A DNA stretch of 63,251 nt, filler included, from Reclinomonas americana ATCC 50394 (GCA_048213135.1; 17 parts of 17 records of this genome joined end to end with filler, not necessarily neighbours in it); one strand, 5' to 3'. Shown: positions 1 through 19,200, counted from the whole stretch's first letter. Notes: generated from the sequence alone by a model not told the origin. A program made the numbers and translations.

Positions 1-5163
<5,163 letters not shown>

Positions 5164-5232
5164 AGAAGAATGTATAAACTTGAAGGCGTGTGAAGTCCCT
5201 TCTGTCGGAGTTGTCCGTCGTCGTCACACACA

Positions 5233-7982
5233 ATGCTATTCGCCAGCAGAGCACACGCTCTGCTGATCGCCCACCATGCAACACGCAACAGCAGTCGCAC
5301 ACTGTTCACGGTGGATCTCACACACAACCTCGCATGCACACACACACACAACGAAACTCCGCTCACATCTCTCCTTTCTGTTGTGCACATGCAGCGGAGT
5401 CCGCATCGCCCTCCAGTGGCCACCATGGGCGTCCTCTTGCAGCAACGATCGTTGATGCCGATGCGCGCCATGCCTCCGAGTGAGAAGATCGACAAGGAGA
5501 TGTCGACGACTGAGCTGGTGGACAAGCTGCGTGGGTTTCTGTGGCCCGAACGCTCCGATCTGCGTGTGCGTGTGCTGGCGGCACTCGGCTTGCTGGTTGT
5601 CTCCAAGGTGCGTTTTTCAATGTCGCGCGCTCTCTCTCTCTCTCTGTGGATGCGAGGGAAGGGGATCGTCAAGTATGCAATCGCAGGGTGCCAACGTGGC
5701 GACTCCGTTCTTCATGAAGTACGCGGTGGATGAGCTGTCTACGAACACAGACACTGTGGTTGCACTGGCGGCGTCGCCCATTGCGTTGATCGTCGGCTGT
5801 TGCGTGACGCGACAAGGCAAGACCACGCTCACTCTCGTTTCGCCCTCACTCACTCTGTGCGCGTGCAGATGGTGCGGCTCGCTCACTGGCCTCGCTGACC
5901 AACGAGGCGCGTAATGCGGTGTACGGCAAGGTGGCACAGGCCTCGATTCGCAGCATGGCCGATCGCGTGTTTGCGCACTTGCATGCGCTGGATCTTGGCT
6001 TCCACCACAATCGCCAGACGGGCGCCCTGGCGCGGGTGATTGATCGCGGAACGCGCGGCATCAACTTTGTGCTGCAGGCGCTCGTGTTCAACATTGCCCC
6101 GACGATTCTGGAGATTGCACTCGTGTGCACGATCTTAGTGCGTTGCGAGCGAGGGTGCAGTGCCGAGGTCGCCGGAGACTCATCCGTGCATGCGTGCAGG
6201 GACTGAAACTTGGTCCGCTGTACGCTGCCACCGCTCTCGGTACAGTCGCGGCCTACACGGCATTCACGCTCGCGGTGACGCAGTGGCGGTTCGTGTGGGG
6301 GCAAGACGGAAGAAGGTGCATGTTTGCTGCTCACCCTTGCTACTCCACAGGACCAAATTCCGCCTGCAAATGAACGACATGGACAACAAGAGCTCTGCCA
6401 AGGCCATTGACTCGCTGATCAACTACGAAACCGTGAAGGTGAGGCAGTGTGTGCTCCCTTATGCATCTTCCAGCTCGCCTCCCGAACATGCTCATTTTCG
6501 TGCACGCAGTACTTTGGCAAGGAGTCGCACGAGATCAAGCAGTACGACCGCTACCTGCAGGGCTACGAGTCTGCATCGCTGAAGACGGTCACCAGCCTGT
6601 CGCTGCTGAACTTTGGACAGAGTGCGATCTTTTCTGTCGCCCTCACGGCACTGATGGTCATGGCGGCCAATGGCGTGCGCTCGGGTGCGTCTCGATGCAT
6701 ATTGAGTACCACGTGCGCGCGTTTCCTCACTGTTGGCGTGCAGGCACGATGAGTGTCGGCGACGTGGTGATGGTGAATGGTCTGCTGTTCCAGCTCTCCA
6801 TTCCACTCAACTTTCTCGGCTCCGTGTACCGCGAAGTGAAGCAGTCGGCGGTGGACATGCAAAACATGTTTGCGCTGCTGAAAGTGGAGCCCTCTGTCAA
6901 GGCAAGTCGAAGCCACACAGATGAGCAGCAGAGGGCATTCACTTATGTGTTTTTTTCGCACTGCAGGATCGTGTCGACGCCGCCAAGTTGGAGTTCCGTC
7001 GCGGTGACATTGAGTTCGAGGACGTGCACTTTGGGTACGACGCGAATCGCTCGATCCTCAACGGCCTCTCCTTCAAGGTGCCAGCCGGCCAGACATTTGC
7101 CTTTGTGGGCGCCAGTGGCAGCGGGTTTGTGAAAGTGTGTGTGCAGCCGACTCACTTGTGTGCGTGTGCTGATCGCTGCTGTTTTCGGCAGCAAATCCAC
7201 CATTCTCAAGCTCCTCTTCCGCTTCATGCAACCCGACAAGGGACGCATCCTGGTCGACGGGCAGGATATCTCACAAGTGTCGGTGGCCAGCCTGCGTTCC
7301 CACATTGGTGTGATTCCGCAGGACACGATCTTGTTCAACGACACTGTGCGCTACAACATTGCCTACGGGTCGCCCAAGGATCCGGTGCGCTGAACAACAA
7401 CAACGTCAACAGCTTCTTGCACGTGCACTCTTCTTCTCATCACACGCACACACACAGGCGCAAGTCACAGACATGGAGGTCGAGGATGCGGCTCGGGCGG
7501 CGCGCATTCATGACACTGTGTTGAAGTTGCCGAAGGGGTATCAGTCGGTGGTGGGCGAGCGCGGTGTCAAGTTGTCGGGCGGTGAGAAGCAGCGGGTGGC
7601 GATTGCGCGCACCGTTGCGTCTCTCCTCATTGTTTCATGTCCCTTGGTGTCGCGTGCTGTGAACTCAACAAGAGAGGTGCTGGCTTGGCAGATTCTGAAG
7701 CGACCGCAAATCCTGCTGTGCGACGAGGCCACCTCGTCGCTGGACTCGCACACGGAGCGTGACATAATGCACTCGTTGGCCGAGTTGCGACGCGACTCCA
7801 CGGGCATTTTCATCGCCCACCGATTGTCGACAGTGATGGACTGCGACTGCATTCTGGTGCTGGAGAATGGCAGAGTGGTCGAGTCGGGCACGCACTCGGA
7901 GCTGCTGGTGCAGGGCGGTCGGTACGCGCAAATGTGGTACAAGCAGTTGCTGGCCGACGACGAGGAGGGGGCCAAGAGGTGA
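5233..7982 (+). CDS. ATM1: Mitochondrial ABC transporter ABCB7/ATM1 (Fe-S export); ~10 introns; start codon tentative
   Basis: Spliced product contains [65 protein letters not shown], Walker A GASGSGKST, signature [13 protein letters not shown], Walker [13 protein letters not shown] and IAHRLST. Stop TGA at 7980-7982. Confidence 0.93.
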
Positions 7983-8482
7983 GTGCGCTCGAAAAGGGGC
8001 AAGGCTGGCTCACATGGTGTCCTCACTCGATGATGCGTACATACGGCAGGCCAGAGGCAGCAGTGAGCAAATGAAGGAACACATAGATTGTGCACGAGAA
8101 ACCGAGACATCAAGTTCATTCGTCGTGTTTTCGTGTTGGATCGAGTGCAGGTTGTCTCGGAAAATTGGAACGAGCAAGAAGGGCGGCAGGCAGAGAGTTT
8201 TACATGATGTTAACGTTTCGTCGAAAGTCCAGCAGCAACCTTGCAACTTTTTGCTGTTTGCAAATGACGCTTGACTTTTGTATCATGCGCCCTCGGCCTT
8301 GTATCCTTGCATCCCTGACCACACTTAGCCAACTTCCGACGGGAGCCTGTTGTCCCACCTCCCCGTTTTGTTTTTAATCTCCGACGAAAGAGGTGAGTGA
8401 TGCACACTCGCTCGAATCTCACATTCCCGCAACTCTTGTCCGCCTCACTCTCACCCCCTTGCCCACCACCAGACTCATCATC

Positions 8483-8719
8483 ATGGACCTGTTGAACTCC
8501 GCCAAGGGTGCTGCTAACTCCGCCGCCGGCTCTGTGGCCAGTGCCGCCAAGTCCGAGGCCTCCAACGTCGGCAACAAGGCGCAGGGTGCCGCTTCGAGCG
8601 CCGCCAGCGCTGCCGGCAACAAGGCGCAGGGTGCTGCCTCGAGCGCTGCCAACGCGGCGTCCAACAAGGCCTCGGGTGCCGCCAGCGCACTCGGCAACAA
8701 GATTGGCGGTCTCTTCTAA
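8483..8719 (+). CDS. 78-aa Ala/Ser/Gly/Lys/Asn-rich repeat protein, LEA/hydrophilin-like; probable 5'-UTR intron 8393-8472
   Basis: Intronless ORF MDLLNSAKG...GNKIGGLF-TAA with tandem GNKAQGAASSAA(S/N)AA units and strong C/G-ending codon bias. G|GTGAGT...CAG just upstream of the ATG. Confidence 0.7.
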   Translation: MDLLNSAKGAANSAAGSVASAAKSEASNVGNKAQGAASSAASAAGNKAQGAASSAANAASNKASGAASALGNKIGGLF

Positions 8720-8991
8720 AACGCTTCCTGTGTGCGAGTGCACAACTGCGGCAAAATGAATGCAAGCAAAGACATGTTGCCTCCCTACACACCGCATGGT
8801 AAACAAAGATGCGGAGAAACTCACACGCACATGTGCATGCGCATGTGTGACTGCTGCACGCACATGTCACATGACAGTCCACAGAAGCATGCACACGCGT
8901 ACTCAACTCTCGCGCGTGTGCATGTGCATGTGTTCCGTGCGCGAGAGAGAAACTGCCACGTGCCCGTTTTAGCATGTCAATTCATTCACTA

Positions 8992-11074
8992 TTAGTGTCT
9001 CCGATCACCAGAGTGGTGGCTGCGGTGATGGTGGTGGTGATGATCGTGGCGACGGTGCTTACGAGATGGCGAGCGGGACCGCGACCGCGACCGCGACCGC
9101 GACCGCCGACTGGATGATCTATGATGATGTGAGTCCTTGTGACGTCGCTCCGGCGGTGATTTCGGAGAGCGTGAGCGTGGCCGCGCTCGAGGCGGTGATG
9201 GTGACCGTGAACGGCGTGGTGGTGGTGGTGGCCGCTGGCGAGGCGGTGATGCAGAACGTGAGCGTGAGCGGCGTGTTGGTGCTGGTGGTCGCGCACGAGG
9301 TGGTGTCGGTGACCGGGAACGCGACCGCGGTCGCTTGGACCCAGCCGCTGCCAGAACGGGGGCTGGCACAGGTGCAGCTGCAGCTGGTGGTGGTGGCGGC
9401 GACGGCGCTCGGGGACGCTCGACACTCACTTTCTGGTTCTTCTGCTCCTCCTCCTCCTCCGCGTCGTCGTCATCACTGCCGTAGGCGGCGAGGATGCCGA
9501 GTACGTCGGCACCGGCCTCTTCTTCGTCCGCGTCGTCCTTCTCGCTCGGTGTTGCTGCTGTGGATGCCGCCAACAGGATCGAGGGCGACGAGGTTGGCGT
9601 GGTCGAGGTCGCCGCCATCGTCGTCGCTGCACGGCCGTGACGGCGCTCACCTGAGCAGTACGTGCCGCAGGCAGAGAGCAATCACCAAGAAACAATGCGA
9701 CGTGTGAGCGCACTCGCCCACAATGCCAAGTCACACACGGATGCATACGAAAGGAGACAAGGGGCAAACAGCGAGAAACATCACACGAGAGAGAGTACAG
9801 CGGTGCGATGCATACTCTTGTTTTCCCGCAACACCGCACTGGCCACCTCCACAAACAGGTCGTGCGTGACCTCGGAGAACACCTCCGTCAGCACGCGCCT
9901 GAGTTCCTTATCCTGCGCCACACAAGCGTAAAAACACTGCTGCTTAACTCAAGGCCCTCGCAAACACATCGTACCCTGAGCGCACGCAGATCGGCGTCCG
10001 ACAGCGCAGACCAGTGACTCTCCTCGGTCTCGCTGATCACGCCCGCGTGTAGCACACCACCCCGTTGCCACACGCCACCCTTCTCACTTCCATCGGCCAC
10101 AGTGGAGGCAGACGCCGCCGCCAAGAGCTCAGCCTCCTTTCTCCTGCTGGCCTCCTCCTCATCACCGTCGTCATCGTCATCGTCGTCGTTGTCCTCGGTG
10201 GCCGTCAGCAAGCTGTACCCATCCACCGCGGTTCGCTTGCTGCACGCACGATGCTGGTCGATGAGCGACTGAGCCATGCATCCTCCCTCAAAAACACACC
10301 CGCAGTACCTGGTCGCCATGCTTGCATGCAACGCCTCCTTGGCCTTCTTCTCCATCTCCTTTTGCTTCTCCTCGACCATGTGCTGCCGCAGCCACACCGG
10401 CACCTCCGGCTTCTTCCCCACCACCGTCGGCGCCAGCGCATGTACTCCCTGGTGGTGTCGCGTGGCCACCACCGCTGCCGCTGCCTCGACCGCTGCACGC
10501 ACCAGCGGAGGCGCACGCACAGCCGCAGCCGGCAGCGGCATCGGTGGAGGCGATTGATACGAAGAGTGGCCAGAGATGGCGGCCAGCGCATCAAACACAG
10601 CTGGTTGTGGTTGAGGCGGTGGCGGTGGTGGCGGTGGCGGCTGCAGAGGATACGACGAGTACATTGGCGGCATCTGGTGTGGCATTGGCTGTGGATGTGG
10701 TGCGTAGTGCTGCGCATGCGGGTGCTGCTGCTGAGGGTGGTAATACGGCTGCGGTTGTTGAGGATAATAGTGTGGTGGAGGAGGAGGAGGTGGAATGTGA
10801 GGATGCTGGTGGTGCGGATGGTATCCATGTTGTTGCATGTGATGCTGCATGTGATGTGGCGGCGGCGGTGGAGCGTAGTATGCAGGTGGATAGGTATGCG
10901 GCGGGACGACCACCTCATCGTCGGCCGAGCAGTCCATTTGCTGCAAAGGGGGAGGAGGAGGAGAAGTGTCACAACGAAAAGTCGGGCATCATCACCAGCG
11001 CGCACACGCATCGCCCCATTCCCCGCTGTGTGCCATCTTTGGCGCACTACATAGCGATGCCGTACCTCGTCCAT
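8992..11074 (-). CDS. PNISR/SFRS18-like Arg/Ser-rich splicing-associated protein, multi-exon
   Basis: Pro/His/Gln-rich N-terminus, then PEVPVWLRQHMVEEKQKEMEKK and ELRRVLTEVFSEVT (resemble PNISR LPAWIREGLEK and LLTEILLDVT), LGILAAYGSDDDD, and a C-terminal RS-repeat tail. Confidence 0.7.
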
Positions 11075-11175
11075 CGTTGCTGTGCGTTGGGAACACGCGC
11101 TTGTGATATGATATGAGGCGATCGCAGTGAGTCACTCTTTATTGTCCCGCTCTCTCATTGCAATCTCTCAACACA

Positions 11176-12789
11176 ATGGGCGAGTATCTCTTCGCCCACA
11201 GCTTTTCCGCACCCGGGGGGGCCGGGTCAGGCGCAGGAGGAGCACCAGGAGGAGGAGGAGCAGGAGGTACGTGTGGCGTGTGAGGGTTTGTGTGTGTTAC
11301 GCAGCAAATGGCGCGCGCGCGCGCGCAACTTTTTTTCTTTTGATGTGCCCTTGTCGCGCTGCCTCCTGGCGCGCCCCCGCGTGTGCGCACTCTGCACGCC
11401 ACGTGTTGCATGGTGTTTGTGAGCACCAATGCGCTGTGTGGGCGGCGGTGGCGGGGCGTGTGTGTGTGTTGTGAGAGATCTCTGTGTGTGCCTTGTCTGT
11501 CAACACACACGCGCACTCACTTGTCGCAGTTGGGCTCCACTGTCTCTTTCTCTCCTCCTGTGCCTGAGTGTGTGCACTCTCTCACACGCACGCGCGCGTG
11601 CGTGGGCACGAGAATGTGTGTCTGTTTGACATCTGAGTGTGTGTGTGCACGTTGCAACGGGTAGAGAAAATTTTGCGCGTCCCTCACTCTCTCTCCTCGC
11701 TCTCTTTCCCCACACAGGTGCGCGTGGCTATGGTGGTGTCCCGTCACCACCACTGCCAGGCATGAGCTCGCCGTATCAACTTGTTGCGTCGCACACGTGC
11801 GAGTTGCTTCCTCGCACACACCACACACGCGCACTCACGTTGTTGTTGTTGTCATTGTCAGAGTGCCGGTGGCTACCCGCCATCAAACGGTGCGGCTGGT
11901 GGTGCTGGTGGTCAGCCGAAACCTACATCGCAGCAGCAGCAGCAGCAGTTGTTCTCAGCCTTCTCCGCAGGCCCACCACCATCATCGTCTGTATTGGGCG
12001 CAGCAAATGGTCGCATGGATGGCGGTCTACCATCAGGACCACCGCAGGTATGCTACGTAGTACGCGCGCGCTCTCTCTCTGTGTGTGTCTGTCCATGCGT
12101 CGGTGGTTGCTGATGAACTCTTGCCAGGCTCCCATGGGTCTGGGGCTGGGCGGTGCCTCGCAGCAGCAGCAGGCGCAACAACGAATGCCGTTCCGCGGTG
12201 GCTTCCCGCAGCATCAGTTCCACCAGCAGCCTGTGCACTCACAACACGCCGCGTATATGTCGTCGAGTGCCAGCGACATGTTTGCCATGATGGACGGTGA
12301 TTGTCGATGTGCCGTGTGTGTGTGCGTCTGGAGACAAATGTGGTCTCACGCGTGTGTTTTGGCAGATGTAACGTCGATGCACTACGGTCCAGATCCAGTG
12401 TACGATGCTCAGTTCTACCCAATGCGACGAATCCCCGACGGCCATCAGATGATGGGTGCCGGCGACCATCCACAACACGTGCGTGCAGTGCAACGTGGGC
12501 TTGCGGATCGTTCCTTTCATTGACTGACCACCCGCTGCGCAACAGATGCATCATCCCTCCATGGTTCCTCATCAGCATCACCAACCACCGCAAGTACCGC
12601 CACCACAGCCGCAGCAGCCCGAGTTTTCGTTTCAAAACGAGGACTTTCCCGCGCTGCCCTCAACGCGGACAGTTGGTAATGCCAAGGACCGGAAAGGAGA
12701 TCCTTCAAGATCCGATCGCATGGTTCGTACGACACTTCTGACAAGAGAAGGGAGAGAGAGAGAGAGAGAGAGCGATGAGCGCTGACTGT
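11176..12789 (+). CDS. CCR4-NOT subunit NOT2-like protein, N-terminal low-complexity half; 3' part lost in the gap
   Basis: Gly/Gln/Pro-rich exons ending in EFSFQNEDFPALP, the motif typical of CNOT2/NOT2. The NOT box is not visible before the spacer. Confidence 0.6.
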
Positions 12790-12889
12790 NNNNNNNNNNN
12801 NNNNNNNNNNNNNNNNNNNNNNNNNNNNNNNNNTTAATTAATTAANNNNNNNNNNNNNNNNNNNNNNNNNNNNNNNNNNNNNNNNNNNN

Positions 12890-14219
12890 CGGAGGGGGTG
12901 AGGTGCGCCGATGGGAGATGAGGTCAGTCGGCCACAACAAACACTCACCATCAGCACCAGCATGGAGCCTTTGATGAGAGTCGCAATGGAAATCGTCGCT
13001 GCAATCACCACAGCGCCGAAGATGACAGTGGCCGTGAAGACCACCCAGAAACCGTACAGCACGAAGGATGGACTGCATGCCAGTCAGTCAGCGGAGCACA
13101 AAGCCGAAGAAGCGCATTGGTGCGCAACTTGAGGCCAATCAGCTCGCCCCACGCCTTGGAACCGGCGAGCGAGTAGCTGATGAGAATGGAAATACTGCCA
13201 GCAGGCGGAGCAGTGAGACAACGGCTGGAAGAGAGAGAGCGGGGGGAAGCTGACACGCGCAAGCGAACGAAACAAGTGCAACACCACCGACGCATCAAAG
13301 ATCTTTTGCGCCGTGGGGCCCAGAAAGATCTTGCCCATCGCGTGCAGATCGGGACCCTTGCTGAGGAAGCGCGGTGTCTTCTTGCCCTTGTTGGCCTCGC
13401 CTGCAAGCAGACGTTGGCCTCCATCCACGAGACACAAGAGGATCAAAGACACAGAACGAGCAAACCATGCGGATTCAGCACAATCGTGGCCGAGTCGACG
13501 CTTGCTCCTTCTGGTGGATCGTTGTGCTGTGTACGTATGTGTAGCCATGCATGTGAGGAGCGAGGAGAAGAGTGAAAGGGCAGCGCGATGAATCGACCTC
13601 GTTGTCTCGCTGCTGTTCTCTCCTCATCTCCGTGATCTGTGTGCACTGCAGCAACTCGACCATGTACAACGCCGTGAGCACCTGCGCAACCACACGCACT
13701 GAGCATACAGAAGGGCGACTGGTGCGATGTGACACATTCCGCCCGCGAACCTGCATCACCACACACACAGAGAAGTTGGTGATGAAAGGCCATGGCCCAG
13801 AGGAACCCAGCTTCACAGGCAGAGCGAGAATGCCAGTGCCTGTATGCACACACACAATGAGTGTGTGAGAGTGCGAGGCAACGCATTTCATCTTCTTCTC
13901 TCTCTCGCTCACCCAACACTGTGGCCACTGTGGCAAAGAAGGCGGCCACAAAGGTGAACCACGACGCCGGCTTATTACCGAGCTGACGGGTCTGTCTTGC
14001 GTGTGAGAGGCAGAAGAAGAGCAAGAGGGAGAGCAAGAGAGAGAGAAAGGACATGGCGCGCGCAACTGGGTCGTAAGGTGGCCCCGACTCTGCACTGGCG
14101 CTCAGTGTGGTCACCGGTGAGGAGCTTAGTGAGGAGGCTGTGGAGTCGGAGAGCACCGCCGTGGCACAGTTGCCGCTGCCCACAGAGAGCGGCCAGGTGC
14201 TGGCGCTGCCTCCACTCAT
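12890..14219 (-). CDS. Amino-acid permease (Aa_trans / Trp-Tyr permease-like), 3' part lost in the gap
   Basis: Spliced TM segments FFATVATVLGTGILALPVKL, GPDLHAMGKIFLG, VVLHFISILISYSLAGSKAW and FVLYGFWVVFTATVIFG. Confidence 0.8.
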
Positions 14220-14456
14220 TGGTTACTGTAAGATGATTGCAATCAGGACGTGTTGTACAACTCAAGGCGACGTTCTCCTGCATGCAACTATGCTGTGCTG
14301 ATGTGTTATGCCATATCAGTAGCTTGGCGGTGAAGAAACAAAGATGAAAAAGCATGCAGTCGATGGTTTTATAACAACATGAAACAGCTGCAACGATCGC
14401 GGCAGCTGCACAGACACACACAATCGACTCGCTGCAAGCGGTACTGTACAACATGC

Positions 14457-15574
14457 TCATGAACTCTCCTGACTGTGGAGCGACTGCGCTAGCTGTTGCT
14501 CCTGTTGCTTGAGTCGCTTGACTCGTCGTTGTGAGCTGCTCAGTGCGTTCAATTCGTCCCGCATCTGCCGCAGCTCACTCTCGCGATGCCGTCGCTCCTG
14601 CGCCTCCTGTGCTCGCAACAGCGTTGAGTGGAGCGAAGGGAACGCAAACAGCCAACACTGCCTGCATACCTCATCCAATCGCCTCTGCTCCAGCAGCTCC
14701 GACCTCGCCACATCCATGGTCTTCTCCGTCTCCACGCGCTCGGCGTCGTCGGTGATGCCAAACAACCGCGCAACATCCAGTTTCGCCTGCACATCCATGT
14801 CGAGCTCTCGCAAGTCGTCCATAATGGCCTGTGCGTGCGTGCGTGAGCGACAGGGATCAATTAATGGAAGCAAGCAACGTGCACACGCGCACCTCCAATG
14901 GATCGGGACCCTGCGAGTGCAACTGCGAGCGAATGGCGATCAAGTCGGTGGCCGACGAGGCCAACGTGCGCGTGCGATCAAACGTGCGCCACAGCAGCGG
15001 ATCTTCCGGCACTCCTCCACCCGTGCCGGGACTCAGCAGACTGCCGCTGCTGGCTGCACGGCGTGTGAGACAACAACGTTACAGCACGACGAAGATAAGG
15101 CGAACGCCACTCACCCGCCAGCTGCGAAATCGACATGGGTGTGGTCGGCGTACGCGGCGCCGCCGGTGTCTGCACACCACACCACCACGTGAGCAACACA
15201 TACGCAATCACACAAGAGAGCGATCAGCACCTGCGCAGATGACGGCGACGCATCCACGCCCGGCGCCATATACACCGTCTTGCTCTGTACGCGCGTGCGC
15301 ACACACATGATCGTGAGAGACCGCTACTCCATGCCAAGATGCACGAAATCGCACTCAACACCACTCGGCGATCCAAGCACACCACTGCTCGCCTTGCGAC
15401 GCGACGGCGAGCTCGGCTCGTCCTGCCCACCGCTGCCAGCGGCGGTGAGCGACGAGGCCGCGGCGACCATAAAGTGGCGATTGAAGGGCGATCGTCGGAT
15501 CTCCTCCTCCCACTCACTGGCATCCGCTCCCGGCTCCACAGGCGTCTTGCCGTAGCGATCTTTCTGTGCCCGCG

Positions 15575-15624
<50 letters not shown>

Positions 15625-15949
15625 GCACACACACACGCACTTTCTCTCAGTGTCGTTATCACAGCGAGAAGAATGAGCGCGCCAACCGCAACTTCCGAGA
15701 GTAGCACTGGCTTCTTCAGCTGCTCGCCCAGTCGCCGTGCGGAGTCCAAGTTGTACTGCTCACGCGCTGTGTGCACCGCAGGCGCTGGTCGAATGTCGGT
15801 CTAGGAAGATTGGACGTTGATGAGTGACACAGACATTCTCTCTCTCTTTCTCGATTGTGCGCAACTCTTCTCACAGGCTGTGCGGGCGGCGATGAGGGTG
15901 GCTCGATCGCCAGTGAGGTGACTGAGCGGGTGCTGCCCAGGCGCCTCAT
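14457..15949 (-). CDS. Hypothetical protein with C-terminal coiled coil, multi-exon
   Basis: Exons join in frame using GT-AG introns (15785-15865, 15564-15692, 15285-15359 and others). The C-terminus is E/Q/R-rich and helical (ELLEQRRLDEEAQERRHRESELRQMRDE). Confidence 0.55.
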
Positions 15950-16034
15950 TGATCGTGCGTGAGTGAGAGATGACGTCAATGACGATTGTCTTCGTTTGTC
16001 ACTCGGCCTCACTCTCACACAACTCTCACACAAC

Positions 16035-16208
16035 ATGAGCAACGTGAAGGTCTGCTTATCGGTCTCGTCTCACTCCACCTTCTGCTTCTCACNNNNNNNN
16101 NNNNNNNNNNNNNNNNNNNNNNNNNNNNNNNNNNNNTTAATTAATTAANNNNNNNNNNNNNNNNNNNNNNNNNNNNNNNNNNNNNNNNNNNNACGGACGG
16201 TACGTACG

Positions 16209-16284
<76 letters not shown>

Positions 16285-19200
16285 GTGTGTGTGTTTTGTC
16301 CCGATGTGGTCGCATGTGTGTGTGCTCGGTTGTTGCTCACTGGCCTTCACAGACACGGTGTCATTGCAAAATTATCTCATTTTTGGTGGTCAATTCAAGA
16401 GGAAAGTCAGCTCGCTTCGTGGCCCGCGGTCGTATGGCGCGTGTTCCTGTGTTTCCTGAGAGAGATAGAGAGAAGCGAGGAGAATTCTGACGGACTTGCG
16501 CGCAGAATTCGACTTTTCCAACTCGCTGGAGTTGCTGGATGTGCAACACATGCGAACACGCATCGAGGCCGTGCTCGACGATAAGAAAACGTTTGTTCCG
16601 CATTCCTTTCCGCATGTGTCGCTTTTGTTGAATGTTCTCATTCTCCATTCGTGCTGCAGTGAGACCCCACCACCTCCACCCATCACGGATTACATTCGCG
16701 ATTGGCGGTCCTACCGCGAGCAAGACCCGCTGGTCATGTCGCTGGCTGAACGGCGCAAGGTCTCTCTGGTCGTCTACCAGCGCCTAAGCGCACCCTCATG
16801 CACTGTGCTCATCGCCTCCTTCTTACACAGGTTTTTGAGATGATGTGCTGGCGTGCGAATGACGAGCGGTCGGCGGTCGTGAGAGCCAAGGCCACGCAAA
16901 TCATGGTCAAGGTATGCCAGACGACAGCGAGTCCAACTTGATTGGCGGTTGCTCAGCACGTGCTCGTCGCAGATGTTTATGGATGCGTATGTGCGCGGAA
17001 CAGCGGCGGCCGTGCGTCGCATGCTGCTCATGTACCGACGACTACTGGAGTCGCCGTCGGTCAGCGTGCGAGTCAGCGCTTTCACGCTGCTCCTCAACGT
17101 GGGTATTCACGCACACTGTCTGCGACGAGTTCCTGCCTCTGGAGTTTTGTCGAGTTGCGGAGTAGGCGCACGCTCTCTTTTGCCGAGTGCGCCGTGAATC
17201 TTATCTCGCACGTCGTCGTACACGTAGGACTCTCAGACGGTGGCCCCTCCATGTCGTCGTTCCAATACTCGGATCGAGCTGTGCTCACGGATTTGTTCGA
17301 GAAATTTGTCGAGATGTTTACGGTGTTGTGCGAGAAGGACGAGAGCGAAGAGGATGTGTGGGGCGCCGCGTACAAGGTGCTCAGCTTTTTCGCCGTGCGT
17401 GATGGCGAGTTGTCATTACGACAGTTGCGTCCGTTGCCCGACCCGCCTCGTTTGCGACTTCGGGTCCGGCTCATTTACTCGCATTTTCCGCGCGCATCAC
17501 AGCGTTCTCTGTCTCGACTTGCGCTCGGTGGTCTGCTGTTTGCGCACGATTGGACACCAGGGTGTGGAAGTGCAGCAGACGTTGGTGGCCATTATCTGTA
17601 GCATACTATATCCTTCGCGCATTGCCAGCATCGCTCCTTCTTCCTCCTTCTGCTGTTGCTTCCTTGACTTCTGCTGCTTCGTCGGTGCACCTATGCTCGT
17701 AACTCGCAGCTCGATGTCGATCTCGTGAGCGAACTGGGCGGCATTCGCACGTTCCTACGACTGTACCGCTCGGTGGAGTCGCTCACAGCGCAGGAAAACC
17801 TGTTCAACATCATCTTTGACTACATTGTGATCTGCCTTCAGCGATCGGGCAAGGTCTGTGTGCCACACATTGCCTCGCCTGTGCCACGTACACGTGTGCC
17901 TCACCATGAAAGGGTGGGATCGCAATCAGATGACCGAGAATCCGCGCACAGTCAAGTGGCTACACCACTTGCTGGCCTCGTTGCACGCACCGCGTCATCT
18001 CGTGAGCGTGCTGATGGCGTGCCCGGCGAATTTCACCGCCGACTTTGTGCAGTTTGTGCACAATGAGATTCAGTTGTCGCCGACCGCGGCTGCCGAGTTT
18101 GATCGAGTTACATTTGCGCAACGGGATCTGCCTTCTATACCGAGTGACTCATTGCGTGCGACGTTCACAGCCGGTGTTGACTGCCTTCATGTCCATGTTC
18201 GAGAGTCTGGTGCAGCGCGAACATCGAGTGCGTATGCTTGTCATTGTGTCGCTGCGGCGCCACGCAGCTAATTGTGTTGCGTGTGCATTTGCAGCTGTCG
18301 GAGGAGTTTGAGGTGGTGAAGAACTCGATGCTGCAGGCGGTGGACGATGAGGCCACCGAGTTTGCGCTGTTGAGCGAACTCTTTTTGTCCAACTCGCAAG
18401 AGGAACAGCTGCAAGCGCAGGTGCGTCAACGGCGACCAATGAGGCGGTGGCGCTTGGAGAAACTTATATTATGTTGGTGTGCACGCAGAACTGGTTGCTG
18501 GAGATTGTACGCGTGCTGGAGGACACGCCAAGCCCGGCACTCGAACGACGGCTGGCCATTCCACTACAGGGCCTGCTGAGCGAACTCAGTGTTCACCCAA
18601 ATCCCAGTGTGCGACGAGCGTACTTGTCGCTGGTGGAACGCATGGTGCAGCAGCGCAAACTGAAGGCAAGTCCTCGTGTTCGTGTGTGTGCGTGCGAGTG
18701 TGAATTCCGTGCCGGTCTCAGACAAGACTGTGGTGCAACAGATGCGTTCGCATGGCGATGCGCGTGTACTCCATCCACTGATGGCGCACCTGAACGAGTT
18801 GTTGGTTCGGTCGACGGCCGGCGGTGAGCGCGACCCATCGAACTTGGCTCGCGTTTTCCACATTCTCTTTAGTTTGGTCGCCTTCCCGGCGCATGGTGAG
18901 TTCGCCACCGTCCCCATGGTGCCACGTACTGTGTGGAACTCTGCACTCACTCGGGGAGACGCGCTCTCGACAGACTACGATCCATCTGTGAGTCCGAGTC
19001 TGCACCAGGTGTTTTTGAGCGGCAAGGCGCGCGTGTCGACAGACTTGTTGGCTCTCATCGATGTCGCGTTACTCTCGTACCTGTTTGGTCACTTGACAGA
19101 GGTGCGGTGGTGTGTTGCCTTGCTGTACTGCGCAGTCGATTGACACAGTCGTCTGCGTGCCAATATACGTAGGTTTCGCTGCGGAGTGTGCGCGAGGTGG

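Noticed and set aside
18666..18721. Third GC-AG intron (AAG|GCAAGT) in the CLoG1-like gene
   Set aside because: Joining it to the AG at 18720-18721 leads to a stop codon; the junction is unresolved.
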